From Ciconia boyciana (Eukaryota), in contig NC_132969.1 in the NCBI RefSeq assembly GCF_034638445.1, positions 319,423-383,422 on the forward strand: a DNA stretch of 64,000 bases, written 5' to 3'. The notes below the pieces were generated by a model, which saw only the letters and a list, made by a program, of their open reading frames with translations, was not told the origin of the DNA and ran no database searches. The position numbers and the translations under genes were made by a program. Each line of letters starts with the position of its first letter. Within the stretch, counting starts at the first letter, position 1. This document shows positions 1 through 14,900 of the stretch, in pieces.

Positions 1-2950
<2,950 letters not shown>

Positions 2951-3023
2951 TAAGTTCTCCCCCTGCCCTGCCCCACACATTTCACCCCCTTTTTTTAAAT
3001 TTTTTTTTAATTTCTTTTCTGAG

Positions 3024-3095
3024 GCGCGGGACATGCGCACTAACGAGGTGGTGGCGATTAAGAAGATGTCGTACAGCGGGAAGCAATCGAACGAG
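3024..3095 (+). CDS. TAOK2: TAOK2 coding exon 2
   Basis: Acceptor tttctgAG, donor GTGAAG. Translation ARDMRTNEVVAIKKMSYSGKQSNE, including the VAIK lysine. The exon is 72 nt, phase 0. Confidence 0.9.
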
Positions 3096-3188
3096 GTGAA
3101 GAACCGGGCGTTCGGGGTGGGGACCCCGAGCCTTCAGGCCCCACACCTCACCCCCCCACCCCCCGCGCCCCCTATTTCTGCCCCATAG

Positions 3189-3290
3189 AAGTGGCAGGAC
3201 ATCATCAAGGAGGTGAAGTTCCTCCAGAAGCTGAGGCACCCCAACACCATCGAGTACAAGGGGTGCTACCTGCGGGAGCACACCGCCTGG
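3189..3290 (+). CDS. TAOK2: TAOK2 coding exon 3
   Basis: Acceptor ccccatAG, donor GTGAGC. Translation [34 protein letters not shown]. Confidence 0.9.
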
Positions 3291-3299
3291 GTGAGCCTG

Positions 3300-4680
3300 A
3301 CCCATAGGTGTGGGGCGGGGGGCGGTGGGGGGAAGGCGTCGAGACCCACAGATGGGGTTTGGGGGTGTGTTGGGACCCATAGATGGGGGTTTGGACCCGC
3401 AGATGGGGTTTGGGGGTGTGTTGGGACCCATAGATGGGGTTTGGACCCACAGATGGGGTTTTGGGGCGTTGGGGCCCACAGATGGGGTTTTGGGGCGTTG
3501 GGGCCCACAGATGGGGTTTGGGGTGTGTTGGGACCCATAGATGGGGGTTTGGACCCACAGATGGGGTTTTGGGGCGTTGGGGCCCACAGATGGGGTTTGG
3601 GGTGTGTTGGGACCCACAGATGGGGTTTGGGGTGTGTTGGGACCCATAGATGGGGGTTTGGACCCACAGATGGGGTTTTGGGGGCGTTGGGGCCCACAGA
3701 TGGGGTTTGGGGTGTTTTGGGACCCACAGATGGGCGTTGGGGCCCACAGATGGGGTTTTGGGGTGTTGGGGCCCACAGATGGGGGCTTGGACCCATAGAT
3801 GGGGTTTGGGGGCCTTGTGGCCCATAGATGTGGTTTGGTGCTGTTTTGGGACCCATAGATGGGGTTTTGGGGGCCTTGGGACCCACAGATGTGGGGCAGA
3901 AGGGTGTTTTGGGACCTGTAGATGGGGTTTGGGACCCACAGATGGGGTCTTGGGGGGCGTTGGGGCCCACACATGTGGGGCAGGGGTGTGTTGGGACCCA
4001 CAGATGGGGTTTGGGGTGTGTTGGGACCCACAGATGGGGTTTGGGGGTGTGTTGGGACCCACAGATGGGGTTTGGGGTGTTTTGGGACCCATAGATGGGG
4101 GTTTGGACCCACAGATGGGGTTTTGGGGGGTGTTTTGGGACCCACAGATGGGGTTTTGGAGGGCCTTGGGACCCACACATGTGGGGCAGGGGGCATTGAG
4201 GCCCACAGATGGGGTTTGGGGGTGTTTTGGGACCCACAGATGGGGTTTGGGGGTACTTTGGGACCCATAGATGTGGGGCAGGGGGCTGTCAGGACCCACA
4301 GATGAGGTTCGGGACCCATAGATGGAGTTTCAGAGGGGTGTAGGGCCCCATAGATGTGGGGCAGGGGGGCGTTTTGGGACCCGTAGATGGGGTTCAGGAC
4401 CCATAGATGGAGTCTTGGGGGCCTTGGGACCCACAGATGTGGGGCAGAGGGGTGTCAGGACCCACAGATGGGGTTTGGGGATGCTTTGAGACGCATAGGC
4501 GTGGGGCAGGGGTTGTCAGGGCCCATAGGTGTGGGGCAGGGTGGTGTAGGGGCCCATAGGTGTGGGGCAGGGGGCTTTTTGGGACCCATAGATGGAGTTT
4601 TGGGGGGTCTTGGGACCCATAGATGTGGGGCAGGGGGGCGTTGAGACCCCTAGATGTGGGGCAGGGTGCACTTGGGGGGC
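3300..4680. repeat. Minisatellite of about 27-30 bp (gacccacagatggggtttggggtgtgttgg), TAOK2 intron 3
   Basis: Visible direct repetition; the plus strand is G-rich. Confidence 0.9.
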
Positions 4681-4850
4681 ACAAGACCCATAGCTGGGCT
4701 CTGGGGACAGTTCTGGGGTGAGGCAGAACCTACAGCGAGGTCTCGTGTGGGGCAGGGGCTACCCCACGGCCGGGCTATGGGGCCGGGGGCTGCCCCACGG
4801 TGGGACTTGGGGGGCAGATGTGGGGCAGGCGCTGACTCTTCTCCACCCAG

Positions 4851-4896
4851 CTGGCCATGGAGTACTGCCTGGGCTCGGCCTCCGACCTGCTGGAGG
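4851..4896 (+). CDS. TAOK2: TAOK2 coding exon 4
   Basis: Acceptor ccacccAG, donor GTGAGT. Translation [15 protein letters not shown] plus 1 nt (phase 1). Confidence 0.85.
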
Positions 4897-4996
4897 GTGA
4901 GTCGCGGCGCCGTGGGGCAGAGCCGTGGGGCGGTGCCATGGGGCAGCGCCGTGGGGCGCCCCACAGATCCCCCGCTCACCCCCTTTGCCCCCCCAG

Positions 4997-5093
4997 TGCA
5001 TAAGAAGCCGCTGCAGGAGGTGGAGATCGCGGCCATCACCCATGGGGCGCTGCAGGGCCTGGCCTACCTCCACGCCCACAACATGATCCACAG
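4997..5093 (+). CDS. TAOK2: TAOK2 coding exon 5
   Basis: Acceptor ccccccAG, donor GTGCGT. Translation (V)[31 protein letters not shown](R). It ends in phase 2. Confidence 0.85.
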
Positions 5094-5104
5094 GTGCGTG
5101 CCCC

Positions 5105-6133
<1,029 letters not shown>

Positions 6134-6189
6134 TAAGGGGGCGGAGAAAACACTTATGGGGCTCAGCCCCACGGCGGGGCGGGGCCTAA

Positions 6190-6321
<132 letters not shown>

Positions 6322-6382
6322 TAGGGGGCAGCTATGGGGCTGCCCTATATTTTCTGACCCACCCGAGCGCTTCGCCCCATAG

Positions 6383-6476
6383 CGGAGAGAAAACCGCCGC
6401 TCTTCAACATGAACGCGATGAGTGCCTTATACCACATAGCCCAGAACGAATCCCCCGTTCTCCAAGCCAGCCACTG
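6383..6476 (+). CDS. TAOK2: TAOK2 coding exon 8
   Basis: Acceptor ccccatAG, donor GTGAGA. Translation (A)[30 protein letters not shown](W). Confidence 0.9.
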
Positions 6477-6592
6477 GTGAGACCCCACCCCACACATCTA
6501 GGGTGCCCCCCCAATATCTAGGGTGCCCCCCAATATCTAGGGTGCCCCCCCATATCTAGGGTGCCCCCCAACCGCCGTCGATTCATTGTTAG

Positions 6593-6674
6593 GTCAGAAT
6601 ATTTCCGCAATTTCGTGGATTCCTGTCTCCAGAAGATCCCGCTCGATCGTCCCACCTCCGACGTTCTCCTCAAG
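6593..6674 (+). CDS. TAOK2: TAOK2 coding exon 9 (end of kinase domain)
   Basis: Acceptor cattgttAG, donor GTAGAA. Translation (W)[27 protein letters not shown]. Confidence 0.9.
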
Positions 6675-6780
6675 GTAGAACTTCCACGAGGGCCACCAAG
6701 GGTGGGGGTGGGGTGGGGTCCCCAAAATTTTGGGGACACCCCACCCCCCCATAACGTGTCGTTCCCCACCCCCCCCTCAG

Positions 6781-6948
6781 CACCGGTTCCTGCTCCGGGA
6801 ACGTCCCCAGCGGGTGGTCTTGGACCTGATCCAGAGGACCAAGGACGCCGTCAGGGAGCTGGACAACCTCCAGTACCGCAAGATGAAGAAGATCCTCTTC
6901 CAAGAAGCCCCCAACGGACCCGGACCCGAGCCCGGCGAGGAGGAGGAG
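6781..6948 (+). CDS. TAOK2: TAOK2 coding exon 10
   Basis: Acceptor cccccctcAG, donor GTGAGG. Translation [56 protein letters not shown]. The exon is 168 nt. Confidence 0.9.
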
Positions 6949-6959
6949 GTGAGGAAGGC

Positions 6960-9060
6960 TCTGGGGGGTGGGGGGGTGGGGTTCTTGCTGCTCCTCCCCC
7001 GCTGGGGGGGGGTTTTCGGCGACGGCCCGGGGTTCACTTGTGGCTTTTTGGGGAGGGGCTTGGTCAACCTCGTGGGATGTTCTTGAGAAGTTGTTGTGGT
7101 CTTTGGGGGCTTCTCCGCCACTGTGGGACGTCCCCGGGGTCCTCTGTCACCTCCTGGGGTCTGGGCCACCACCGTGGGACGTCCCTGTGGTCCCCTGTCA
7201 CCTCCTGGGGTCTTGGCCACCACCGTGGGACGTTCTCATGAAGTTCTTGTCCCCTTTGGGGTCTTCTCCACCACCGTGGGACGTCCCTGGGTTCCACTTT
7301 GTCCCCTTTGGGGCCTTGGTCAACCTCCTGGTATGTTCTCAAGAAGTTCTTGTGCTCTTTGGGGTCTTGGCCACCACCGTGGGACGTCCCTGTGGTCCCC
7401 TGTCACCTCCTGGGGTCTTGGCCACCACCGTGGGACGTCCCTGGGGTCCTCTGTCACCTCCTGAGGTCTGGGCCACCACCGTGGGACGTCCCTGGGGTCC
7501 TCTGTCACCTCCTGAGGTCTGGGCCACCACCGTGGGACGTCCCTGGGGTCCTGGTTGTCCATTTTGGGGTCTTGGTCACCCCTGTGGCACGTCTCTGTGG
7601 TGGCCACGACCCCAGGAGGTGACAAGGGACCACCATGACACGTTCTCATGGACTTCTTGACTTGTTTGGGGTCTTCTCTACCACCGTGGGACGTCCCTGG
7701 GGTCCTCTGTCACCTCCTGGGGTCTTGGCCACCACCGTGGGACGTTCTCATGAAGTTCTTGTCCCCTTTGGGGTCTTCTCCACCACCGTGGGACGTCCCT
7801 GGGGTCCTGGTTGGCCTCTGAGGTCTTGGCCACCACCGTGGGACGTCCCTGGGGTCCTCGTTGGCCTCTTTGGGGTCTTGGCCACCACCATGGGACATTC
7901 TCATGAAGTTCTTGTCCCCTTTGGGGTCTTCTCCACCACCATGGGACGTCCCTGTGGTCCTCTGTCACCTCCTGAGGTCTTGGCCACCACTGTGGGACGT
8001 TCTCATGAAGTTCTTGTCCCCTTTGGGGTCCTCTCCACCACCGTGGGACGTCCCTGTGGTCCCCTGTCACCTCCTGGGGTCTGGGCCACCACCGTGGGAC
8101 GTCCCTGGGGTCCTCTGTCACCTCCTGGGGTCTGGGCCACCACCGTGGGACGTTCTCATGAAGTTCTTGTCTCCTTTGGGGTCTTGGCCACCACCGTGGG
8201 ACGTCCCTGGGGTCCTGGTTGGCCTCTTTGGGGTCTTGGCCACCACCGTGGGACGTCCCTGGGGTCCTGGTTGGCCTCTGAGGTCTTGGCCACCACCGTG
8301 GGACGTCCCTGGGGTCCTCTGTCACCTCCTGGGGTCTTGGCCACCACCGTGGGACGTTCTCATGAAGTTCTTGTCCCCTTTGGGGTCTTCTCCACCCCCG
8401 TGGGACGTCCCTGGGGTCCTGGTTGTCCATTTTGGGGTCTTGGTCACCCCTGTGGCACGTCTCTGTGGTGGCCACGACCCCAGGAGGTGACAAGGGACCA
8501 CCATGACATGTTCTCATGGACTTCTTGACTTGTTTGGGGTCTTCTCTATCACCGTGGGACATCTCTGTGGTCCTCTGTCACCTTCTGGGGTCTGGGCCAC
8601 CACCGTGGGACATTCTCATGAAGTTCTTGTCCCCTTTGGGGTCTTGGCCACCACCGTGGGACGTCCCTGGGGTCCTCTGTCACCTCCTGGGGTCTGGGCC
8701 ACCACCGTGGGACGTCCCTGGGGTCCTGGTTGGCCTCTTTGGGGTCTTGGCCACCACCGTGGGACGTCCCTGGGGTCCTCGTTGGCCTCTTTGGGGTCTT
8801 GGCCACCACCATGGGACGTTCTCGTGAAGTTCTTATCCCCTTTGGGGTCTTCTCCACCACCGTGGGACGTCCCTGGGGTCCTCTGTCACCTCCTGGGGTC
8901 TGGGCCACCACCGTGGGACGTTCTCATGAAGTTCTTGTCCCCTTTGGGGTCTTCTCCACCCCCGTGGGACGTCCCTGTGGTCCCCTGTCACCTCTTGAGG
9001 TCTTCTCCACCCTCGTGGCACGTTCTGGGGGGGCCTTGTTGTCCCCTTCGGGGTCTTGTC
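6960..9060. repeat. About 51-54-bp minisatellite (ggtcttggccaccaccgtgggacgtccctggggtcctctgtcacctcctgg), TAOK2 intron 10 part 1
   Basis: Direct repetition with a periodic caccaccgtgggacgt core. Confidence 0.85.
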
Positions 9061-10690
9061 CAACCCAACGCCACGTGGTCATGACCGCGTTGTCCCTTTT
9101 GGGGTCCTCATTGACCGCCACGGTCCCTCCCCACGTCCTTGTCCCACCTGGGGTCCCCTTGACGCCCGTGTCACCTCCTTGAGGTCCCCACTGTCCCCTT
9201 GGGGTCCTGTTCACCCCCATGGGCCACCTCTGAGCTCCTCGTTGTCCCCATGGTCCATCTCCATCTTCTCATTGTCCCACCTGGGACCCTGTTTGCTCTG
9301 TGTCACCTCCCTGAGGTCCTCGTTGTCCCCCATGGCCCATCCCCACGTCCTCGTCCCACTTGGGGTCCTCTTTGTCCCCTGTGTCACCTCCCGGAGGTCC
9401 CCACTGTCCCTCCTGGGGTCTTGGCCACCACCGTGGGACGTTCTCATGAATTTCTTGTCCCCTTTGGGGTCTTGGCCACCACCGTGGGACGTCCCTGGGG
9501 TCCTGGTTGGCCTCTGAGGTCTTGGCCACCACCGTGGGACGTCCCTGTGGTCCTCTGTCCCTCCTGAGGTCCTGTTGACCCCATGGAACATCTCCAAGGT
9601 CCTCGTTGTCCCTCCCGAGGTCCCGTTGACCCCATGGAACATCTCCAAGGTCCTCGATGTCCCCCATGGCCCATCCCCACGTCCTTGTCCCACTTGGGGT
9701 CCTCTTTGTCCCCTGTGTCACCTCCCGGAGGTCCCCACTGTCCCTCCCGAGGTCCCGTTGACCCCATGGAACGTCTCCAAGACCTCGATGTCCCCCATGG
9801 CCCATCCCCACATCTTTGTCCCCTGTGTCACCTTCTGGAGGTCCTCATTGTCCCTCCTGAGGTCCTGTTGACCCCATGGAACATCTCCAAGGTCCTCGTT
9901 GTCCTTCCTGAGGTCCTGTTGACCCCATGGAACATCTCCAAGGTCCTCGTTGTCCCCCATGGCCCATCCCCCACATCTTTGTCCCCTGTGTCACCTTCTG
10001 GAGGTCCCCACTGTCCCTCCTGAGGTCCTGTTGACCCCATGGAACATCTCCAAGGTCCTCCTTGTCCCTCCCGAGGTCCTGTTGACCCCATGGAACATCT
10101 CCAAGACCTCGATGTCCCCCATGGCCCATCCCCACATCTTTGTCCCCTGTGTCACCTTCTGGAGGTCCTCGTTGTCCCTCCCGAGGTCCCGTTGACCCCA
10201 TGGAACATCTCCAAGGTCCTCGATGTCCCCCATGGCCCATCCCCACATCTTTGTCCCCTGTGTCACCTTCTGGAGGTCCCCGCTGTCCCTCCTGAGGTCC
10301 CGTTGACCCCATGGAACATCTCCGATCTCCTCGATGTCCCTCCTGAGGTCCCGTTGACCCCATGGAACATCTCCAAGGTCCTCGATGTCCCTCCCGAGGT
10401 CCCGTTGACCCCATGGAACATCTCCAAGGTCCTCGATGTCCCCCATGGCCCATCCCCACATCTTTGTCCCCTGTGTCACCTTCTGGAGGTCCCCACTGTC
10501 CTTCCTGAGGTCCTGTTGACCCCATGGAACATCTCCAAGGTCCTCCTTGTCCCTCCCGAGGTCCCGTTGACCCCATGGAACATCTCCGATCTCCTCGTTG
10601 TCCCTCGTGGCCCATCCCCACGTCCTCCTCCCACTTGGGGTCCCCCTTGTCACCTCCCTGAGGTCCCCACCCCACCGTTGTCCCTTCTCC
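9060..10690. repeat. About 60-bp minisatellite (gtccctcctgaggtcctgttgaccccatggaacatctccaaggtcctcgtt), TAOK2 intron 10 part 2
   Basis: Direct repetition; ORF translations recur (LLTPWNISKVL...). Confidence 0.85.
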
Positions 10691-10699
10691 TTCCCCCAG

Positions 10700-10855
10700 G
10701 AGCCGGAGTCCTTCCTGCAGCGGGCGGGGACGGTGGGCAGCATGGAGAGCAGCCATTCGCTGCCCAGCATGTCCATCAGCGCCTCCAGCCAGAGCAGCAG
10801 CGTCAACAGCTTGGCCGACCCCTCCGAGGAGGAGGAGGAGGAGGAGGAAGAAGAA

Positions 10856-10887
<32 letters not shown>

Positions 10888-10975
10888 GGAGGAAGAGGAA
10901 GGTCCCGAGTTGGCCATGATGCAGGAGGGGGAGCACACCGTCACCTCCAACAGCTCCGTCATCCACCGCTTGCCC
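10700..10975 (+). CDS. TAOK2: TAOK2 coding exon 11 (Ser-rich / poly-Glu region)
   Basis: Acceptor ttcccccAG, donor GTGAGT. Translation [43 protein letters not shown](x about 25)[25 protein letters not shown], matching the human ...[27 protein letters not shown]...[22 protein letters not shown] region. The exon is 276 nt. Confidence 0.9.
10826..10900 (+). repeat. TAOK2: In-exon (GAR)n trinucleotide run encoding about 25 consecutive Glu in TAOK2
   Basis: gaggag...gaagaa... stays in frame within exon 11. The human orthologue has a shorter acidic run at the same position. Confidence 0.85.
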
Positions 10976-10984
10976 GTGAGTTGA

Positions 10985-11900
10985 GGGACAGCGGGAGGTG
11001 GGGCCACCACCGTGGGGACGTCGGGATGGGTTCCACCACCGTGGGGACGTCGGGATGGGTTCCACCACCGTGGGGACGTCGGGATGGGTTCCACCACCGT
11101 GGGGAGGTTCTGAGGTGGGGCCACATGGGGACGTCGGGATGGGTTCCACCACCGTGGGGACGTCGGGATGGGTTCCACCACCGTGGGGACGTCGGGATGG
11201 GTTCCACCACCGTGGGGAGGTTCTGAGGTGGGGCCACATGGGGACGTCGGGATGGGTTCCACCACCGTGGAGACGTCGGGATGGGTTCCACCACCGTGGG
11301 GACGTCAGGATGGGTTCCACCACCGTGGGGAGGTCCTGAAGGTGGGGGCCACCACGGTAGGGAGGTCCTGAGGTGGGGGCCACCACGGTAGGGAGGTCCT
11401 GAGGTGGGGGCCACCACGGTAGGGAGGTCCTGAGGTGGGGGCCACCATGGTAGGGAGGTCCTGAGGTGGGGGCCACCACGGTAGGGAGGTCCTGAGGTGG
11501 GGGCCACCACGGTAGGGAGGTCCTGAGGTGGGGGCCACCACGGTAGGGAGGTCCTGAGGTGGGGGCCACCACGGTAGGGAGGTCCTGAGGTGGGGGCCAC
11601 CACGGTAGGGAGGTCCTGAGGTGGGGGCCACCACGGTAGGGAGGTCCTGAGGTGGGGGCCACCACGGTAGGGAGGTCCTGAGGTGGGGGCCACCACGGTA
11701 GGGGAGGTCCTGAGGTGGGGGCCACCACGGTAGGGAGGTCCTGAGGTGGGGGCCACCACGGTAGGGAGGTCCTGAGGTGGGGGCCACCACGGTAGGGAGG
11801 TCCTGAGGTGGGGGCCACCACGGTAGGGAGGTCCTGAGGTGGGGGCCACCACGGTAGGGAGGGTCCGAGGTGGGGGCCACCACTATGGGGACGTCCAGAT
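10985..11900. repeat. Two adjacent 28-31-bp minisatellites (ccaccaccgtggggacgtcgggatgggtt, then gtgggggccaccacggtagggaggtcctgag)
   Basis: Direct repetition starting immediately after the TAOK2 exon 11 donor. Confidence 0.85.
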
Positions 11901-14900
11901 GGGTTCCATCACCGTAGGGAGACCCTAAGATTTGGGGCCACCACCGTAGGGAGGTTCTGAGGTGGGGCCATCACCGTAGGGACATCCGGATGGGTTCCAC
12001 CACCGCAGGGAAGGTCTAAAGTTTGGGTCCGCCACCCTAGGGAGGCCTTGATGTGTGGGTCCATCATCGTAGAGATGTTCTGATGGGTCCCACCACCATA
12101 AGAAGGTTGTAAAGCGTGGGTCTACCACCATAGGAAGGTCTTGAGATGGGGCCACCACCATAAGAAGGTTCTAAAGCCTGGGTTTAGCACCTTGAGAAGG
12201 TCCTGAGATGGGGCCACCACCATAAGAAGGTTCTAAAGCCTGGGTTTAGCACCATAGGAAGGTCCTGAGATGGGGCCACCACTATAAGAAGGTTCTAAAG
12301 CATGGGTTTAGCATCATAGGAAGGTCTTGAGATGGGGCCACCACCATAAGAAGGTTCTAAAGCCTGGGTTTAGCACCTTGAGAAGGTCCTGAGATGGGGC
12401 CACCACCATAAGAAGGTTCTAAAGCCTGGGTTTAGCACCATGGCAAGGTCCTGAGATGGGGCCACCACCATAAGAAGGCTCTAAAGCCTGGGTTTAGCAC
12501 CTTGAGAAGGTCCTGAGATGGGGCCACCACCATAAGAAGGTTCTAAAGCCTGGGTTTAGCACCTTGAGAAGGTCCTGAGATGGGGCCACCACCATAAGAA
12601 GGTTCTAAAGCCTGGGTTTAGCACCTTGAGAAGGTCCTGAGATGGGGCGACCACCACAAGAATGTTCTAAAGCCTGGGTTTAGCACCATGGCAAGGTCTT
12701 GAGATGGGGCCACCACCATAAGAAGCTTCTAAAGCCTGGGTTTAGCACCTTGAGAAGGTCCTGTGATGAGGCCACCACCGCAAGAACGTTCTAAAGCCTG
12801 GGTTTAGCGCCATAGGAAGGTCTTGAGATGGGGCCACCAGCATAAGAAGCTTCTAAAGCCTGGGTTTAGCACCTTGAGAAGGTCGTGAGATGGGGCCACC
12901 ACCATAAGAAGGTTCTAAAGCCTGGGTTTAGCACCTTGAGAAGGTCTTGAGATGGGGCCACCACCATAAGAAGGTTCTAAAGCCTGGGTTTAGCACCATA
13001 GGAAGGTCTTGAGATGGGGCCACCACCATAAGAAGGTTCTAAAGCCTGGGTTTAGCACCTTGAGAAGGTGCTGAGATGGGGCCACCACCATAAGAAGGTT
13101 GTAAAGCCTGGGTTTAGCACCTTGAGAAGGTCCTGAGATGGAGCCACCACCATAAGAAGGTTCTAAAGCCTGGGTTTAGCACCATAGGAAGGTCCTGAGA
13201 TGGGGCCACCACCATATGGAGGTTCTAAAGCCTGGGTTTAGCACCTTGAGAAGGTCCTGAGATGGGGTCACCACCATAAGAAGGTTCTAAAGCCTGGGTT
13301 TAGCACCTTGAGAAGGTCTTGAGATGGGGCCACCAGCATAAGAAGGTTCTAAAGCCTGGGTTTAGCACCTTGAGAAGGTCCTGAGATGGGGCCACCACCA
13401 TAAGAAGGTTGTAAAGCCTGGGTTTAGCACCTTGAGAAGGTCCTGAGATGGGGCCACCACCATAAGAAGCTTCTAAAGCCTGGGTTTAGCACCTTGAGAA
13501 GGTCCTGAGATGGGGCCACCACCATAAGAAGGTTCTTAAAGCCTGGGTTTAGCACCTTGAGAAGGTCCTGAGATGGGGCCACCACCATAAGAAGGTTCTA
13601 AAGCCTGGGTTTAGCACCTTGAGAAGGTGCTGAGATGGGGCCACCACCATAAGAAGGTTCTAAAGCCTGGGTTTAGCACCTTGAGAAGGTGCTGAGATGG
13701 GGCCACCACCAAAAGAAGGTTCTAAAGCCTGGGTTTAGCACCTTGAGAAGGTCTTGAGATGGAGCCACCACCAAAAGAAGGTTCTAAAGCCTGGGTTTAG
13801 CACCTTGAGAAGGTCGTGAGATGGGGCCACCACCATAAGAAGGTTCTAAAGCCTGGGTTTAGCACCTTGAGAAGGTCCTGAGATGGGGCCACCACCATAA
13901 GAAGGTTCTAAAGCCTGGGTTTAGCACCTTGAGAAGGTCGTGAGATGGGGCCACCACGAAAAGAAGGTTGTAAAGCCTGGGTTTAGCACCTTGAGAAGGT
14001 GCTGAGATGGGGCCACCACCATAAGAAGGTTCTAAAGCCGGGGTTTAGCACCATGGCAAGGTCTTGAGATGGGGCCACCACCATAAGAACGTTCTAAAGC
14101 CTGGGTTTAGCACCTTGAGAAGGTCCTGAGATGGGGCCACCACCATAAGAAGGTTGTAAAGCCTGGGTTTAGCACCTTGAGAAGGTCCTGAGATGGGGCC
14201 ACCACCATAAGAAGGTTCTAAAGCCTGGGTTTAGCACCTTGAGAAGGTCCTGAGATGGGGCCACCACCATAAGAAGGTTCTAAAGCCTGGGTTTAGCACC
14301 TTAGGAAGGTCCTGAGATGGGGCCACCACCATAAGAAGGTTCTAAAGCCTGGGTTTAGCACCTTGAGAAGGTCCTGAGATGGGGCCACCACCATAAGAAG
14401 GTTCTAAAGCCTGGGTTTAGCACCTTAGGAAGGTCCTGAGATGGGGCCACCACCATAAGAAGGTTCTAAAGCCTGGGTTTAGCACCTTGAGAAGGTCCTG
14501 AGATGGGGCCACCACCATAAGAAGGTTCTAAAGCCTGGGTTTAGCACCTTAGGAAGGTCCTGAGATGGGGCCACCACCATAAGAAGGTTCTAAAGCCTGG
14601 GTTTAGCACCTTGAGAAGGTGCTGAGATGGGGCCACCAGCATAAGAAGGTTCTAAAGCCTGGGTTTAGCACCTTGAGAAGGTCCTGTGATGGGGCCACCA
14701 CCATAAGAAGGTTCTAAAGCCTGGGTTTAGCACCTTAGGAAGGTCCTGAGATGGGGCCACCACCATAAGAAGGTTCTAAAGCCTGGGTTTAGCACCTTGA
14801 GAAGGTCCTGAGATGGGGCCACCACCATAAGAAGGTTCTAAAGCCTGGGTTTAGCACCTTAGGAAGGTCCTGAGATGGGGCCACCACCATAAGAAGGTTC

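Noticed and set aside
2982-4319. 445-aa, 364-aa and 323-aa minus-strand ORFs ([11 protein letters not shown]...) overlapping TAOK2 exons 2-3
   Set aside because: These are the complement-strand reading of the 27-30-bp intron 3 minisatellite and of the real TAOK2 exons. There is no conservation or start signal, and the opposite strand carries unambiguous TAOK2 kinase-domain exons.
9845-11821. 658-aa and 424-aa minus-strand ORFs and a 395-aa plus-strand ORF spanning TAOK2 exon 11
   Set aside because: They are made of repeat translations (PPYRGGPHLRTSLPWWPPPQDLPTVVAPTSG...) from the flanking 28-60-bp arrays. The poly-Ser and poly-Glu segments are just the complementary or frame-shifted reading of the genuine TAOK2 exon. 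No independent gene is supported.
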